DNA of 56,692 bases, taken from IMG/VR virus record IMGVR_UViG_3300050330_000084, positions 1 to 56,692 of that record. The stretch is one strand, 5' to 3'. This document shows positions 46,111 through 54,961 of the stretch, one piece after another. Source of the DNA: a virus. Taxonomy: Duplodnaviria; Caudoviricetes. Positions within the stretch are counted from its first letter, which is position 1, and the number at the start of each line of letters is the position of its first letter. The notes beneath the pieces were generated by a model, which ran no database searches, was not told the origin of the DNA, and worked only from the letters and a program-made list of their open reading frames with translations. Made by a program: the position numbers and the translations under genes.

Positions 46111-46674
46111 TCATTCCGCTGCCTCGGCAAAGGGATCGTCGGCGTCGTGGCCGGAGATCAGTTCATCCTTGGCATCGTCGGCCGCAACGGCCTTCTTCTC
46201 CAGCGCGGACGCGAGATCGGCCATGCGGCGTTCGTTGCCCGCGTGCCACGCATCGAGCCACGCCTGCCCGGCCGCGCTGGCGCCATCGTAGGGAGGCGTC
46301 GGGTCTTTGCCGCGGTAGCCGGCTGCCTCGCCTTCCCTCGCCGCACGATCTTCCAGCGGTTCAAGTCCGACGTCGAACATGTCAGCCTGAAACTGGATCG
46401 GCAGGGCAAACCACGACGCAATCTCTGCCTCGCGCTTCAAGCGATCGGTCAGAATGGTGTCGTCCTCGACCTCGGCGCACTTGAGCATGAAATCGATATC
46501 GGAAAGGACGATCTGGTCAGCCTTGGCCAGTTTCCGAAGCCGCTTGTATTCAGTCTGCTCGGCCTCGACCTTGGCCTTCTGCGCCGCGATCTTGTGGTAG
46601 TGATCGAACTTGAGTGCCTTCCATTCGGCCGGCGTCAGTTCGCCGCTGTTATGTCCTGTGTCTGCCATGCTCAT
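46111..46674 (-). CDS. GapR-like protein with C-terminal extension
   Basis: GHNS N-terminus, coiled coil with AKAD; resemblance only. Confidence 0.45.
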   Translation of the reverse strand: MSMADTGHNSGELTPAEWKALKFDHYHKIAAQKAKVEAEQTEYKRLRKLAKADQIVLSDIDFMLKCAEVEDDTILTDRLKREAEIASWFALPIQFQADMFDVGLEPLEDRAAREGEAAGYRGKDPTPPYDGASAAGQAWLDAWHAGNERRMADLASALEKKAVAADDAKDELISGHDADDPFAEAAE

Positions 46675-46684
46675 CTCCTTTGGA

Positions 46685-46888
46685 TCACCACGCCCCGGCG
46701 CGATGGATTTGTTGGGGTTCACGCATCGCCATTCCGGCAGCATCGAAGACGAAGGCAGCGACGATCAGGACAGCCATGGCCACCATTGCGGCGCAGAAGA
46801 CCTTGTGACGCCCTCTATGCCTTGCCCTTTCAATCCCGAGCAGCATTCGTTCCCACGCTCTGACGAGCGCGCTCGCTATCAACCGCAT
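46685..46888 (-). CDS. Small membrane protein
   Basis: 67 aa with one TM segment. Confidence 0.45.
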   Translation of the reverse strand: MRLIASALVRAWERMLLGIERARHRGRHKVFCAAMVAMAVLIVAAFVFDAAGMAMREPQQIHRAGAW

Positions 46889-47252
46889 GTCTTTGTGCTT
46901 TCAGTTTCAGGCGCTCGGCCCGATAGGCTTCAATTGCATCGTCGTTGCGCTGGCAGGCGTCCTCGTAGGCAACCATGAGGCCAAGCAGCGCGGAGCCGCT
47001 GACGTCCTTCATGTCTTCCCAACGCTGCCAGATGCGTTTGGCGATGGTGGTTTCAATCCCGGCGTCTTTCGCCGCCCGGTCGCGGGCCGCCGACCACGTG
47101 TCGTGCCGGCCCCTGTGTTTCGTCCACGCAAGCCCGTGAAGCCAGAACTCGGCCTTCTCGGGCGTGGACATTCCTTCTGTGTCGGAAAGGGCACGCATTA
47201 CGCTCAACCTGTCATCTCTCGTGTCGTTTTTGACACATCTGGTGTCGGACAT
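46830..47252 (-). CDS. Hypothetical DNA-binding protein
   Basis: GGAG RBS; HTH-like ARDRAAKDAGIETTIAKRIW. Confidence 0.55.
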   Translation of the reverse strand: MSDTRCVKNDTRDDRLSVMRALSDTEGMSTPEKAEFWLHGLAWTKHRGRHDTWSAARDRAAKDAGIETTIAKRIWQRWEDMKDVSGSALLGLMVAYEDACQRNDDAIEAYRAERLKLKAQRHAVDSERARQSVGTNAARD

Positions 47253-47594
47253 AGAACATCTCCACGGCTATTCTCGAACCGTGGAAAGACGGTCGGCATC
47301 TCCGGCCACAAAGGAAGAAAAGGGATATCCCGTGGATCGAACACACCGCCGCCAAGCACAGCGTCCGATCCAGTTGGAGTTGTTCGAGAGAACCCGGCTT
47401 CCGCCGGCAAATGACGATTGCCCATTTTCAGCACCCCGCCCGTCGCGCGGCGTCTTCTGCGGTCAATTCGATGGAGTGGCGGGCATGGAGAAGCGCGAAA
47501 GCGTCTTTCTCAGCCTTGCGGATGCGATCGCGAGAAGCGGCCCCGGCTATTAGGATGCCGACGGCAACAGCGATCATGTGAGTGATGACCGCCG

Positions 47595-47831
47595 TCATGC
47601 CGACGCTCCCTGGATCGCTCGGGGATGATGCTCGACACGCGGCGCGACATATCCCGTCGCGCTGATTTCCTCGATCAGGCGCTCGATCTCATCGGGCTCG
47701 ACGCGAAACCCGGAACCGATGAATGCGCCACATATCTGATCGATGGACATCCCGGAACGCGCGAAGCGGTAGAGCCGGTCGATGTCCTCAATGGACCATT
47801 TGAGATTGAGACGCTGACGCTGTGTTTTCAT
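47595..47831 (-). CDS. Hypothetical protein
   Basis: Coupled ORF; WS.EDI..L. Confidence 0.55.
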   Translation of the reverse strand: MKTQRQRLNLKWSIEDIDRLYRFARSGMSIDQICGAFIGSGFRVEPDEIERLIEEISATGYVAPRVEHHPRAIQGASA

Positions 47832-48301
47832 GCCGCGCCTCGCAGGATCGGCGTCTTGCCTTCAACGGCCCGGAACTTGTCGGCACAGCGATAAACCTCG
47901 GCCCAGGTGACCTTCCTCGGCCGGCCGTGTGCTGTCCGCATGAATGGCTGGTTGCTGGAGACGGTGAGGATGACGCCGTGCTTTTCGAGATAGACCTTGA
48001 GGCTCAGGTAGTCGGTCGAAAAGCCCTGCTCGAACCGGCGGGGACCGCCATTGCGCTTGAGCCAGTCCGCGATAAGCAGGTTGTCATTGGTGACGACACA
48101 GAGTTTGGGCCTTTCGACGGGGAGCGCTGGAGCCTCCGTCTTCGGACCCGGCTTGCCGCGGGTCGTCACGCCGAGCGCCTTGACCCGCTTGCGAACGGAA
48201 TTGCTGTGCCTGCCGAGATGCTCGGATATCTCGTTGATCGAGCATCCACGCGCAGCCATGGCGCGGGTCGTGGTATCCTCTTGCTTCGTGAAGCGAGCCA
48301 T
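47828..48301 (-). CDS. HTH-containing hypothetical protein
   Basis: GCSINEISEHLGRHSNSVRKRVKALG. Confidence 0.65.
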   Translation of the reverse strand: MARFTKQEDTTTRAMAARGCSINEISEHLGRHSNSVRKRVKALGVTTRGKPGPKTEAPALPVERPKLCVVTNDNLLIADWLKRNGGPRRFEQGFSTDYLSLKVYLEKHGVILTVSSNQPFMRTAHGRPRKVTWAEVYRCADKFRAVEGKTPILRGAA

Positions 48302-49680
48302 CAGGCAGCCCTCGCCTTGATCTGCGCGTCGCGGCATTTCCAGCACAGGGCAGATGTTTGAAACTTGATCCGGCAACTGTCCGGGCTCAGGCAGCCCGGC
48401 TTGGGAGAAGTGACGGCATCTCCCGATTTGGCGTTGCTTCCGGGCATGGCGCCCTGCCCCGCCGCCAGAGCATCGGGAGTTGGTGTGCTCGGTTGGCCGT
48501 CGGCAACCGCCGGATTCGCGGGGCAATGAAGGGCGGCCGAGGCGCCCGGGGAGGAGGAAGGCGCCTCGGCCCTACCTACCTGTCGGGAGGAGGAGACAGG
48601 CAGATCGGAAATTTCGGCCGTGGCAGATGGGCGGGGGGCTTGGGGATCAGCCACGGCCACGGACGGCGACGGTTCAACGCCAGCGGCGTTCTCAGGTCGG
48701 GCCGTGCCCTTCACCTCGGAGAATGCGTCGCCGTCCGGTGGGGAAAATTGTGCCCGTTTAGCGTCCGGGCCAGACGTAGTCCACTCTACAAAATTATCGC
48801 TATTCCGGGTTTCAACCTGCCCGGACAGTGCATCGAAAGGTTGGCCTGCGTGACCTGCGCGCTTCGCGCTGCCATCTACATCGTTGCCTCCTGCGTTGGC
48901 ACCGTCGCTGCCCATATCTCGGGGAGCGTGCCCGGCGGTCTTCTGCTCCGGTGCTGGGGAATTGATGAAAGCGCGGACTTCTTCCCGCTCTGCTTCGCTC
49001 GCCTCATTCCAGAGAGCCAGGATTTCGGCGACGATGGTCCGCGAAGGGGTGGTGACCTCGGCAGCGATTTCCGGCTCAGAAGCCTTGGAAATGATGGGCT
49101 CCGGGGTGGTGGCATCAGTCGCCAAGTTTTCCATGACAACTGCCGGCTTCGCCTTCGCGACCTTCTGCGTGTAGACCGTGCCGCCGCGCTCGACCTCTAC
49201 CTCGGCGGGTCTATCTGGCAACGTTGCCAGATGCTCGGCCCTGATCTTCTGGACGTAGGTGTGCGAGACATTGGCCGTCGTCGCGATCCAGCGCTCCGGT
49301 TTGGCGGCCCATTCCGCATCGTTCAGCAGCGTCATGACAGCCCGGCGCTTGTCGTCGCGGGTGCGCCGCAAGCCGTGCGTCTCATTGGCACCGACGCTGT
49401 GCAGGATTGCATCGCGACGGGTGCCCTGGCGAATATCGGCGGCGACCTTCGCCTTGCCTGCCTTCTGATAGGCATGGAAGCGATGGAAGCCATCGGCCAG
49501 CCAGTGCTTCTTGCCGTCGTAGAACACGACAATCGGCGGGAATGTCGCGCCGGCCTTGATCGCCTCGGCGTAGTCATCGACCACATGCTGATTGAGCGTG
49601 GCGCGGGACTGGGTGCCGCCGTCGATCTGGATGACGTCGAGGGAAAGGCCGTGATCTTCGGAGGAGCCGACGCGGATCAT
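48301..49680 (-). CDS. ParB-like N-terminal domain protein with low-complexity tail
   Basis: TQSR, FPPIVV, LADGFHR, N..HGL, then HTH and a long Ala/Pro/Ser region. Confidence 0.8.
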   Translation of the reverse strand: MIRVGSSEDHGLSLDVIQIDGGTQSRATLNQHVVDDYAEAIKAGATFPPIVVFYDGKKHWLADGFHRFHAYQKAGKAKVAADIRQGTRRDAILHSVGANETHGLRRTRDDKRRAVMTLLNDAEWAAKPERWIATTANVSHTYVQKIRAEHLATLPDRPAEVEVERGGTVYTQKVAKAKPAVVMENLATDATTPEPIISKASEPEIAAEVTTPSRTIVAEILALWNEASEAEREEVRAFINSPAPEQKTAGHAPRDMGSDGANAGGNDVDGSAKRAGHAGQPFDALSGQVETRNSDNFVEWTTSGPDAKRAQFSPPDGDAFSEVKGTARPENAAGVEPSPSVAVADPQAPRPSATAEISDLPVSSSRQVGRAEAPSSSPGASAALHCPANPAVADGQPSTPTPDALAAGQGAMPGSNAKSGDAVTSPKPGCLSPDSCRIKFQTSALCWKCRDAQIKARAA

Positions 49681-49994
49681 GCGACAACTCCCTTCGTTGC
49701 CTTCCGACGGAAGCCTGCGCGCTGCGCGGCGACCCGGACGTATGCCGGATGGACATTGAAGCGATGGGCAATTGATGAAGACTGCTCGCCGGCCATGTAT
49801 GCCGCGATCATCTCCATGCGACGTTCGCGGGTGAGCGTGTGGGTGCGGCGGTTCCACGTGCGGCGCTTCGGCCAACGCCCGACCTTTTTGGCTTCACGGG
49901 CGATTGATGCCGCTGCTTCCTCGCCGAGCAACAAGGCCGCAGATTGGTATGCGGAATGAAACTCATCTGGAACCCATGCCGGAACGTTGCTCAT
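49677..49994 (-). CDS. HTH-containing hypothetical protein
   Basis: Coupled to cro; SSSIAHRFNVHPAYV. Confidence 0.6.
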   Translation of the reverse strand: MSNVPAWVPDEFHSAYQSAALLLGEEAAASIAREAKKVGRWPKRRTWNRRTHTLTRERRMEMIAAYMAGEQSSSIAHRFNVHPAYVRVAAQRAGFRRKATKGVVA

Positions 49995-50242
49995 GCCGCT
50001 TCTCCAGAGGTGGGGACGGCTTCGAGAAATTCAGCTGGCGACAGGATGACGTCGTTGTCTCGAGCCCAAGCAAGAAGAGACTTGGCATCTTCCGGTGGGA
50101 TAAAACCGCCCGTGCCGCCACGTTCCTTCGGATACATCCAACGGTACACGCGAGACACGTGCTTGCCGGTGACCTCGGACACCTTTTCGATGCCGATTTT
50201 GGCGATGACTGATTTAGCTGGGTCAAGGTGCTTGTCGCTCAT
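49991..50242 (-). CDS. cro: Cro-like repressor
   Basis: VSEVTGKHVSRVYRW..PKERGGTGG.IP; divergent from cI. Confidence 0.8.
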   Translation of the reverse strand: MSDKHLDPAKSVIAKIGIEKVSEVTGKHVSRVYRWMYPKERGGTGGFIPPEDAKSLLAWARDNDVILSPAEFLEAVPTSGEAA

Positions 50243-50252
50243 AAGCGCAATA

Positions 50253-50325
50253 TTTGCGATTATCGCGATTTTAAGTCAAGCGTTTTTTGCGATAATCGCG
50301 ATGGATAATTTTGCGCTTTTCGCGA
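50253..50325. promoter_or_regulatory. OR-like operator triplet and divergent promoters
   Basis: TTTGCGATTATCGCGA (50253-68), TTTGCGATAATCGCGA (50286-301), TTTGCGCTTTTCGCGA (50310-25); TTGACT on the minus strand at 50274-79. Confidence 0.85.
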
Positions 50326-50332
50326 ATGTGCC

Positions 50333-51280
50333 GTGATGGACGATCCGCAGCGCGAAATTAAGCAGTGGCTGGCTGACAAACTTACCCACGGTGTGGCGGT
50401 AAAGGTTACCGCCGCCACTGGCATAAGCGGTGACAAACTTTCGCGCTCAAAAGAGCTGGAATCCACGGACCCAAAGAAGCGGCGCCAAATTCCACTGACC
50501 GAGCTCAAATTGTTGGCCCGGTACTTCCACGAATTACCTCCCGGCTTTGAGAGGATGCGGGATTGGCTTAGGTCAGGTCTTGATGATTCCTCCGATTCTG
50601 GAATTCAGTCACCGCTCGCTGGAGCGATCCACCAAGCGAGGCGACGGCGCGGTTCATCCATCCGCGATGTCGCAGAGGCAATGAATATCCACGTAGATGA
50701 CGTGATCGACTGGGAGGATGGAACATCTGAGCCGACAGAAGATCAGCTAGCGCAGGTTTCGGAGTTCCTGCACGTCGATCCGACCGCACTTTTGAGCGGG
50801 CGGGTGATTGCGATCGGCGACGAAGAACTAGGCGACGCCACATTCATCTCAGGGGAGATACCCCGGTACTCAGGCCCTCGCGACGTCGAGAGGCTCGGCG
50901 TTGTGGCAGCCGGCGACGATGGCGACTTCGAGTTCAACGGCAAGGTGGCGGAATACATGCCGCGGCCCAAGGGCTTGGCTGGTCGACCGGGTGTCTTCGC
51001 TCTCGAAATCATCAGCGAAAGCATGTACCCGGCCTACCGGAAATTCGATCCGATCTACTGCGACAGGCAGGAGCCCCAGATCGGCGATGACGTCGTGATC
51101 GAAACGTTCCCAGAGCCAGGCGCGACCGTAGGGAAAGCCTTCGTCAAACGCCTCAAGGTCAGAACCAAGAACGCGATCGTCGTTGAGCAGTTCAACCCTC
51201 CGAGGGACATCACGTTCGACCCATACGCGATCAAGCACCTCTGGCGCGTCGTGCCATATAAAGAGCTTCACGGTCTCTGA
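50333..51280 (+). CDS. cI: CI-like repressor (HTH plus S24 peptidase)
   Basis: XRE HTH, VAAG cleavage site, ESMYP serine and FVKRL lysine. Confidence 0.9.
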   Translation: MMDDPQREIKQWLADKLTHGVAVKVTAATGISGDKLSRSKELESTDPKKRRQIPLTELKLLARYFHELPPGFERMRDWLRSGLDDSSDSGIQSPLAGAIHQARRRRGSSIRDVAEAMNIHVDDVIDWEDGTSEPTEDQLAQVSEFLHVDPTALLSGRVIAIGDEELGDATFISGEIPRYSGPRDVERLGVVAAGDDGDFEFNGKVAEYMPRPKGLAGRPGVFALEIISESMYPAYRKFDPIYCDRQEPQIGDDVVIETFPEPGATVGKAFVKRLKVRTKNAIVVEQFNPPRDITFDPYAIKHLWRVVPYKELHGL

Positions 51281-51539
51281 TGCCCTGCGCCTCGGCCCTC
51301 TCTCTATCGAGCTCGCGAGCGAATACCGCGCGGACGGTGATGTTTCTGTCGGGGTCGCCAGTCTCGCGACAGCCCTGGCAATACAGCCGGACCGACACAT
51401 CTGACAAACGGGTTGCGTCACCGATGCCGAAGCGTCGTAGCTCCGATGGTTTTTTCAGCCGCGTGCGGCCGCAATTCACGCATTCCAATGTTAGGGAGAG
51501 AACCTGGGATACAACCGCTTCTTTGCCTGGGAAACTCAT
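51231..51539 (-). CDS. Zinc-binding hypothetical protein
   Basis: CVNCG...CQGC; convergent with cI. Confidence 0.55.
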   Translation of the reverse strand: MSFPGKEAVVSQVLSLTLECVNCGRTRLKKPSELRRFGIGDATRLSDVSVRLYCQGCRETGDPDRNITVRAVFARELDRERAEAQGIRDREALYMARRARGA

Positions 51540-51716
51540 TACGACCGCCCTGCCTGCCCTTTCTTATGTGCGACATCCTGACTCACTTGCGAGAACACAT
51601 CAAGAACAAACTTGGGCGCGGGGTGATTCGTCGCAGGGGTGGATGGAAGCGGCTGCTAGGGCGTAAAAAGGATGTAGTCTGAAATCGGCAGGGGTGCCGA
51701 AGGAGCGGAGGGGATC

Positions 51717-52775
51717 ATGAGTGTGGAGGAAAAACTCAGAGTACTGTCGGACAAGATCAAGACCCATTCGAGCGCGATGCTCACCGAGGAGGCGGTCAAG
51801 ACGGCGGTCGTCCTGCCCTTCCTCGCAGCACTGGATTACGACGTTTTCAACCCCGGCGAGGTCATCCCCGAGTTCTGCGCCGATGCCGTCGGCAAGAAGG
51901 GCGAGAAAGTCGACTACGCCATCAAGATCGACGGCGAAATCCGCATCCTGATCGAATGCAAGCCGATCACGACCACGCTCGAAAAGGTGCATCTTGCGCA
52001 ACTATTTCGGTATTTCTCGGTCACGAACGCCAAGTTCGCCATCCTGACCAACGGCAGAACTTTCCACTTCCATACCGACCTGGTGGCACCGAACAAGCTC
52101 GATGACAGGCCATTCCTGACTTTCGACCTGTCGGACCTGCAGGGTCAGTTGACGGTCGAGCTTAAGAAATTCGCCAAGAGCGAATTCAACGTCGACGGTA
52201 TCCTCCAGTCGGCACACCGGCTGAAATACACGTCTGCGATCAAGAAAGAGATCGGCAACCTGATGGAAGACCCGCCCGAGGAATTCGTGCGGCTGGTCAC
52301 CAATGGCCTGTATTCCGGCCGCTTCACGGCTCAGGTCAAAGAGCAGTTCACCCCCATCGTCAAGGCAGCGTTCAAGGAGATCATCCGGGAATCGGTTCAG
52401 TCCAGGCTATCGACGGCACTTGCAGAGACCGAGGAAGCCGAGATCGGGCATGATCCGGTCCAGCCAGAGGACGAGGTTGTAACGACCGACGAGGAGCGGG
52501 AGGGGTTCATGATCATCCGGGCCATTGTCCGCGACATCCTCAAGCCGTCTCGTGTCGTTATGCGGGATCAGAAGAGCTATTGCGGCATTCTGGTCGACAA
52601 CAACAACCGCAAGCCGCTGGCGCGCCTCTGGTTCAATCGCAGCGTGAAGTACATCGGCCTGTTCGACGGGGAGAAAGAGGAGAGGGTCAAAATCGACACG
52701 CTTGACGAGATCTATGACTGCGCTGACCGGCTCCGCGATACGGCACGAACATACGCGGAAGTGCCGGCCCAATAG
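51717..52775 (+). CDS. Stand-alone HsdR-N-like PD-(D/E)XK nuclease
   Basis: EEAVK, EVIPE, VDYAI, IECK, QLFRYF, ILTNG; no helicase domain. Confidence 0.82.
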   Translation: MSVEEKLRVLSDKIKTHSSAMLTEEAVKTAVVLPFLAALDYDVFNPGEVIPEFCADAVGKKGEKVDYAIKIDGEIRILIECKPITTTLEKVHLAQLFRYFSVTNAKFAILTNGRTFHFHTDLVAPNKLDDRPFLTFDLSDLQGQLTVELKKFAKSEFNVDGILQSAHRLKYTSAIKKEIGNLMEDPPEEFVRLVTNGLYSGRFTAQVKEQFTPIVKAAFKEIIRESVQSRLSTALAETEEAEIGHDPVQPEDEVVTTDEEREGFMIIRAIVRDILKPSRVVMRDQKSYCGILVDNNNRKPLARLWFNRSVKYIGLFDGEKEERVKIDTLDEIYDCADRLRDTARTYAEVPAQ

Positions 52776-52792
52776 CCTTGGGAGGGGCTGGG

Positions 52793-52930
52793 ATGAATAA
52801 AATCATTTTCGCGGTCGCCATAGCGGCCTTGATGCCTGTTCTGATGGCATCGAGTTGCGACTGGCCGTGTAAGAAGGGCCAGAGGTGCGGTCACGCCTGC
52901 ATTTCCAAGCTTGACACCTGCCATAAATAG
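52793..52930 (+). CDS. Small Cys-rich putative lipoprotein (45 aa, not in ORF track)
   Basis: GGAGG RBS; MNKIIFAVAIAALMPVLMASS-CDWPCKKGQRCGHACISKLDTCHK. Confidence 0.6.
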   Translation: MNKIIFAVAIAALMPVLMASSCDWPCKKGQRCGHACISKLDTCHK

Positions 52931-52992
52931 TTGCGCGGAGGGCATGGGGATGGCGCGAAAACAAGATGTGATCGGCGGAACAAATTCACCGC

Positions 52993-53021
52993 TTGTCAAT
53001 TTGTAGCCTGTAGGCTACGAA
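52993..53021 (+). promoter_or_regulatory. TA promoter with palindromic operator
   Basis: TTGTCA-N17-TACGAA enclosing GTAGCCT-GT-AGGCTAC (53003-53018). Confidence 0.65.
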
Positions 53022-53324
53022 ATGGCCGTGATCGAGGTCCGAGAGACCGAGGCATACTCCGACTGGTACATATCGCTAAGCGACATTCAGGCGAAGGCAC
53101 GCATTCTTACGCGTGTCCGACGGTTGTCGCTCGGGAATATGGGCGATGTCGCGCCGGTCGGCAGTGGGGTAAGCGAGTTGAGAATACACTACGGCCCAGG
53201 CTATCGGGTCTATTTCGTCAAGCGTGGCGCTGCCGTCGTGATCCTTCTGGGCGGTGGCGATAAGAGTTCTCAGAAGGATGATATCGCCGCCGCGATCGCG
53301 CTGGCGAAGAAGCTGAGGGAGTGA
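53022..53324 (+). CDS. Type II toxin, RelE/ParE superfamily (addiction module killer)
   Basis: GNMGD..PVG.GVSELRIHYGPGYRVYF, LLGGGDKSSQ. Confidence 0.92.
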   Translation: MAVIEVRETEAYSDWYISLSDIQAKARILTRVRRLSLGNMGDVAPVGSGVSELRIHYGPGYRVYFVKRGAAVVILLGGGDKSSQKDDIAAAIALAKKLRE

Positions 53325-53329
53325 CTTCC

Positions 53330-53644
53330 ATGGCTATAAAAACAAAACCCTGGGACGCATCCGAACACCTTGATAGCGAAGAGATGATCTTCGCATACAT
53401 GAACGCCGCCCTTGAAGACGGCGATCCTGCCCTCGTGGCGGCCGCACTCGGCGACATTGCACGCGCTCGCGGCATGACCCAGATCGCCAAGGCCGCCGGC
53501 GTATCGCGAGAAAGCCTTTACAAGGCATTGCGCGTCGGCGGGAACCCCGAGTTCGCTACCATCATGAAAGTCATGAGGGCGATGGGGCTGCACATGACGA
53601 TCGAGCCAACCGAAAAGAAGCCTGAGGATTGCGAAGCGGCATGA
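53330..53644 (+). CDS. HTH antitoxin (addiction module antidote)
   Basis: WDASEHL, ALGDIARARGMTQIA..AGVSRESLYKAL...GNP.F.T. Confidence 0.92.
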   Translation: MAIKTKPWDASEHLDSEEMIFAYMNAALEDGDPALVAAALGDIARARGMTQIAKAAGVSRESLYKALRVGGNPEFATIMKVMRAMGLHMTIEPTEKKPEDCEAA

Positions 53645-53850
53645 CCTCCGGCCGCGAGCGCTTCATCCAGCAGCTTGAAGACGCCGCCGACAGCATCGGC
53701 GACATTCCGCGGCACGAGCTGCAGGTGCTCCTACGCCGGGCCGCGCTGAGGTTGCGCAATATCGATCGACCGCCACTCCCCGACGATGACAATTGGACAC
53801 CGGTGTTCAAACCGAAATGGTTTGATGGCGACCCGAATGGTGCAGCATGA
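53641..53850 (+). CDS. Hypothetical protein
   Basis: LEDAAD.I...ELQVLLRRAALRLRN; ATGA-coupled. Confidence 0.65.
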   Translation: MTSGRERFIQQLEDAADSIGDIPRHELQVLLRRAALRLRNIDRPPLPDDDNWTPVFKPKWFDGDPNGAA

Positions 53851-54092
53851 TTGACCGCGACCCGCGCATCGATGCCGTAGCCGCCAGCGATCTTTCGTCG
53901 GCAGCAATCCTCGCTGCCGTGATCGGCACGCTGGGCGCGAAGGGTATCCTGTCCGACGGCGAGGTGCGCGAAGTCTACGAGCAAGCGCTCTACCTCTTGG
54001 AATCGCACCAAGGCAGCGAGCCCGAGGTCAAACCGATCTATGAGGCCGCGCGGGAGATCATCGAAGCGCAGTTGCGGCCGGATCAAGACTGA
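53847..54092 (+). CDS. Hypothetical protein
   Basis: ATGA-coupled helical 81-aa ORF. Confidence 0.65.
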   Translation: MIDRDPRIDAVAASDLSSAAILAAVIGTLGAKGILSDGEVREVYEQALYLLESHQGSEPEVKPIYEAAREIIEAQLRPDQD

Positions 54093-54139
54093 AGGGACTT
54101 TGCCGCGGGGGCGGCTGTACCAAGCTGGGGAGCGAGGGA

Positions 54140-54961
54140 ATGGGGGAGCTTGTAGACGGCGACGATGGTCTGCCGGTCGAGGAAGTTGGAGCATGGGCCA
54201 GGGACAAGATAGCCTCGCTATGCAAATACATTTCGATCTCACGCGGCGTCAGAGCCAAGTGGATTGGTAATGGCAAGGCCGGCGCCACCTACATCGACCT
54301 ATTCTGCGGCCCTGGCCGCGCAAAGGTCCGTCGGACGGGCGAGTTCATCGAAGGAAGTTGCGTCGCGGCGTGGAACGAAAGCGTCCGGACGAAGACACCG
54401 TTCAGTTCTGTTTTCATCGCAGACGCCGACCCCAAGCGTCTCGAATACGCATCGGAAAGACTAAGAAGGCTCGGCGCCCCTGTCGAGGCATTTCATGGCG
54501 AAGCGGTCGATACCGCCAAGTTGATCAGAGCAAAGCTCGACCCTTATGGGCTGCATTTCGCCTTTGTCGATCCATACAATCTTGGAGCTTTCGACTTCTC
54601 TGTGATCGAAACGCTGTCCAAGCGGAAGCGTATCGACATGATGGTTCACATCAGCAAAATGGACCTGCAGCGGAACACATGGCTGAACGTCCAGGCGCAA
54701 GAATCGGCATTTGATAAGTTCGTTCCAGGCTGGCGATCCGTGGTCGATCTCAACCAACCATTCACGGCGATCCGGCGCGCAGTTTTCGATCTCTGGAAGA
54801 ACAAGGTCGTTAAGCTTGGCATGGCCGCTTCAACCGATATGCAACTGATTACCGGTAGCCGCGGCCAGCACCTATATTGGTTGACGCTGGCCGCTCGGCA
54901 TAAACTCGCGCTTGCCTTCTGGAAGGCTGCCACCGACAGCGGGCAAGGCGAGTTATTCTAG
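54140..54961 (+). CDS. tcmP: Three-Cys-motif partner protein (methyltransferase-like)
   Basis: VGAWARDK, YIDLFCGPG, EGS, FAFVDPY; adjacent to a DUF5131 gene. Confidence 0.85.
   Translation: MGELVDGDDGLPVEEVGAWARDKIASLCKYISISRGVRAKWIGNGKAGATYIDLFCGPGRAKVRRTGEFIEGSCVAAWNESVRTKTPFSSVFIADADPKRLEYASERLRRLGAPVEAFHGEAVDTAKLIRAKLDPYGLHFAFVDPYNLGAFDFSVIETLSKRKRIDMMVHISKMDLQRNTWLNVQAQESAFDKFVPGWRSVVDLNQPFTAIRRAVFDLWKNKVVKLGMAASTDMQLITGSRGQHLYWLTLAARHKLALAFWKAATDSGQGELF

Noticed and set aside
43103-52775. Complete type I or type II restriction-modification system
   Set aside because: MTase and nucleases are unlinked, in different transcription units, and no HsdS/HsdM is present
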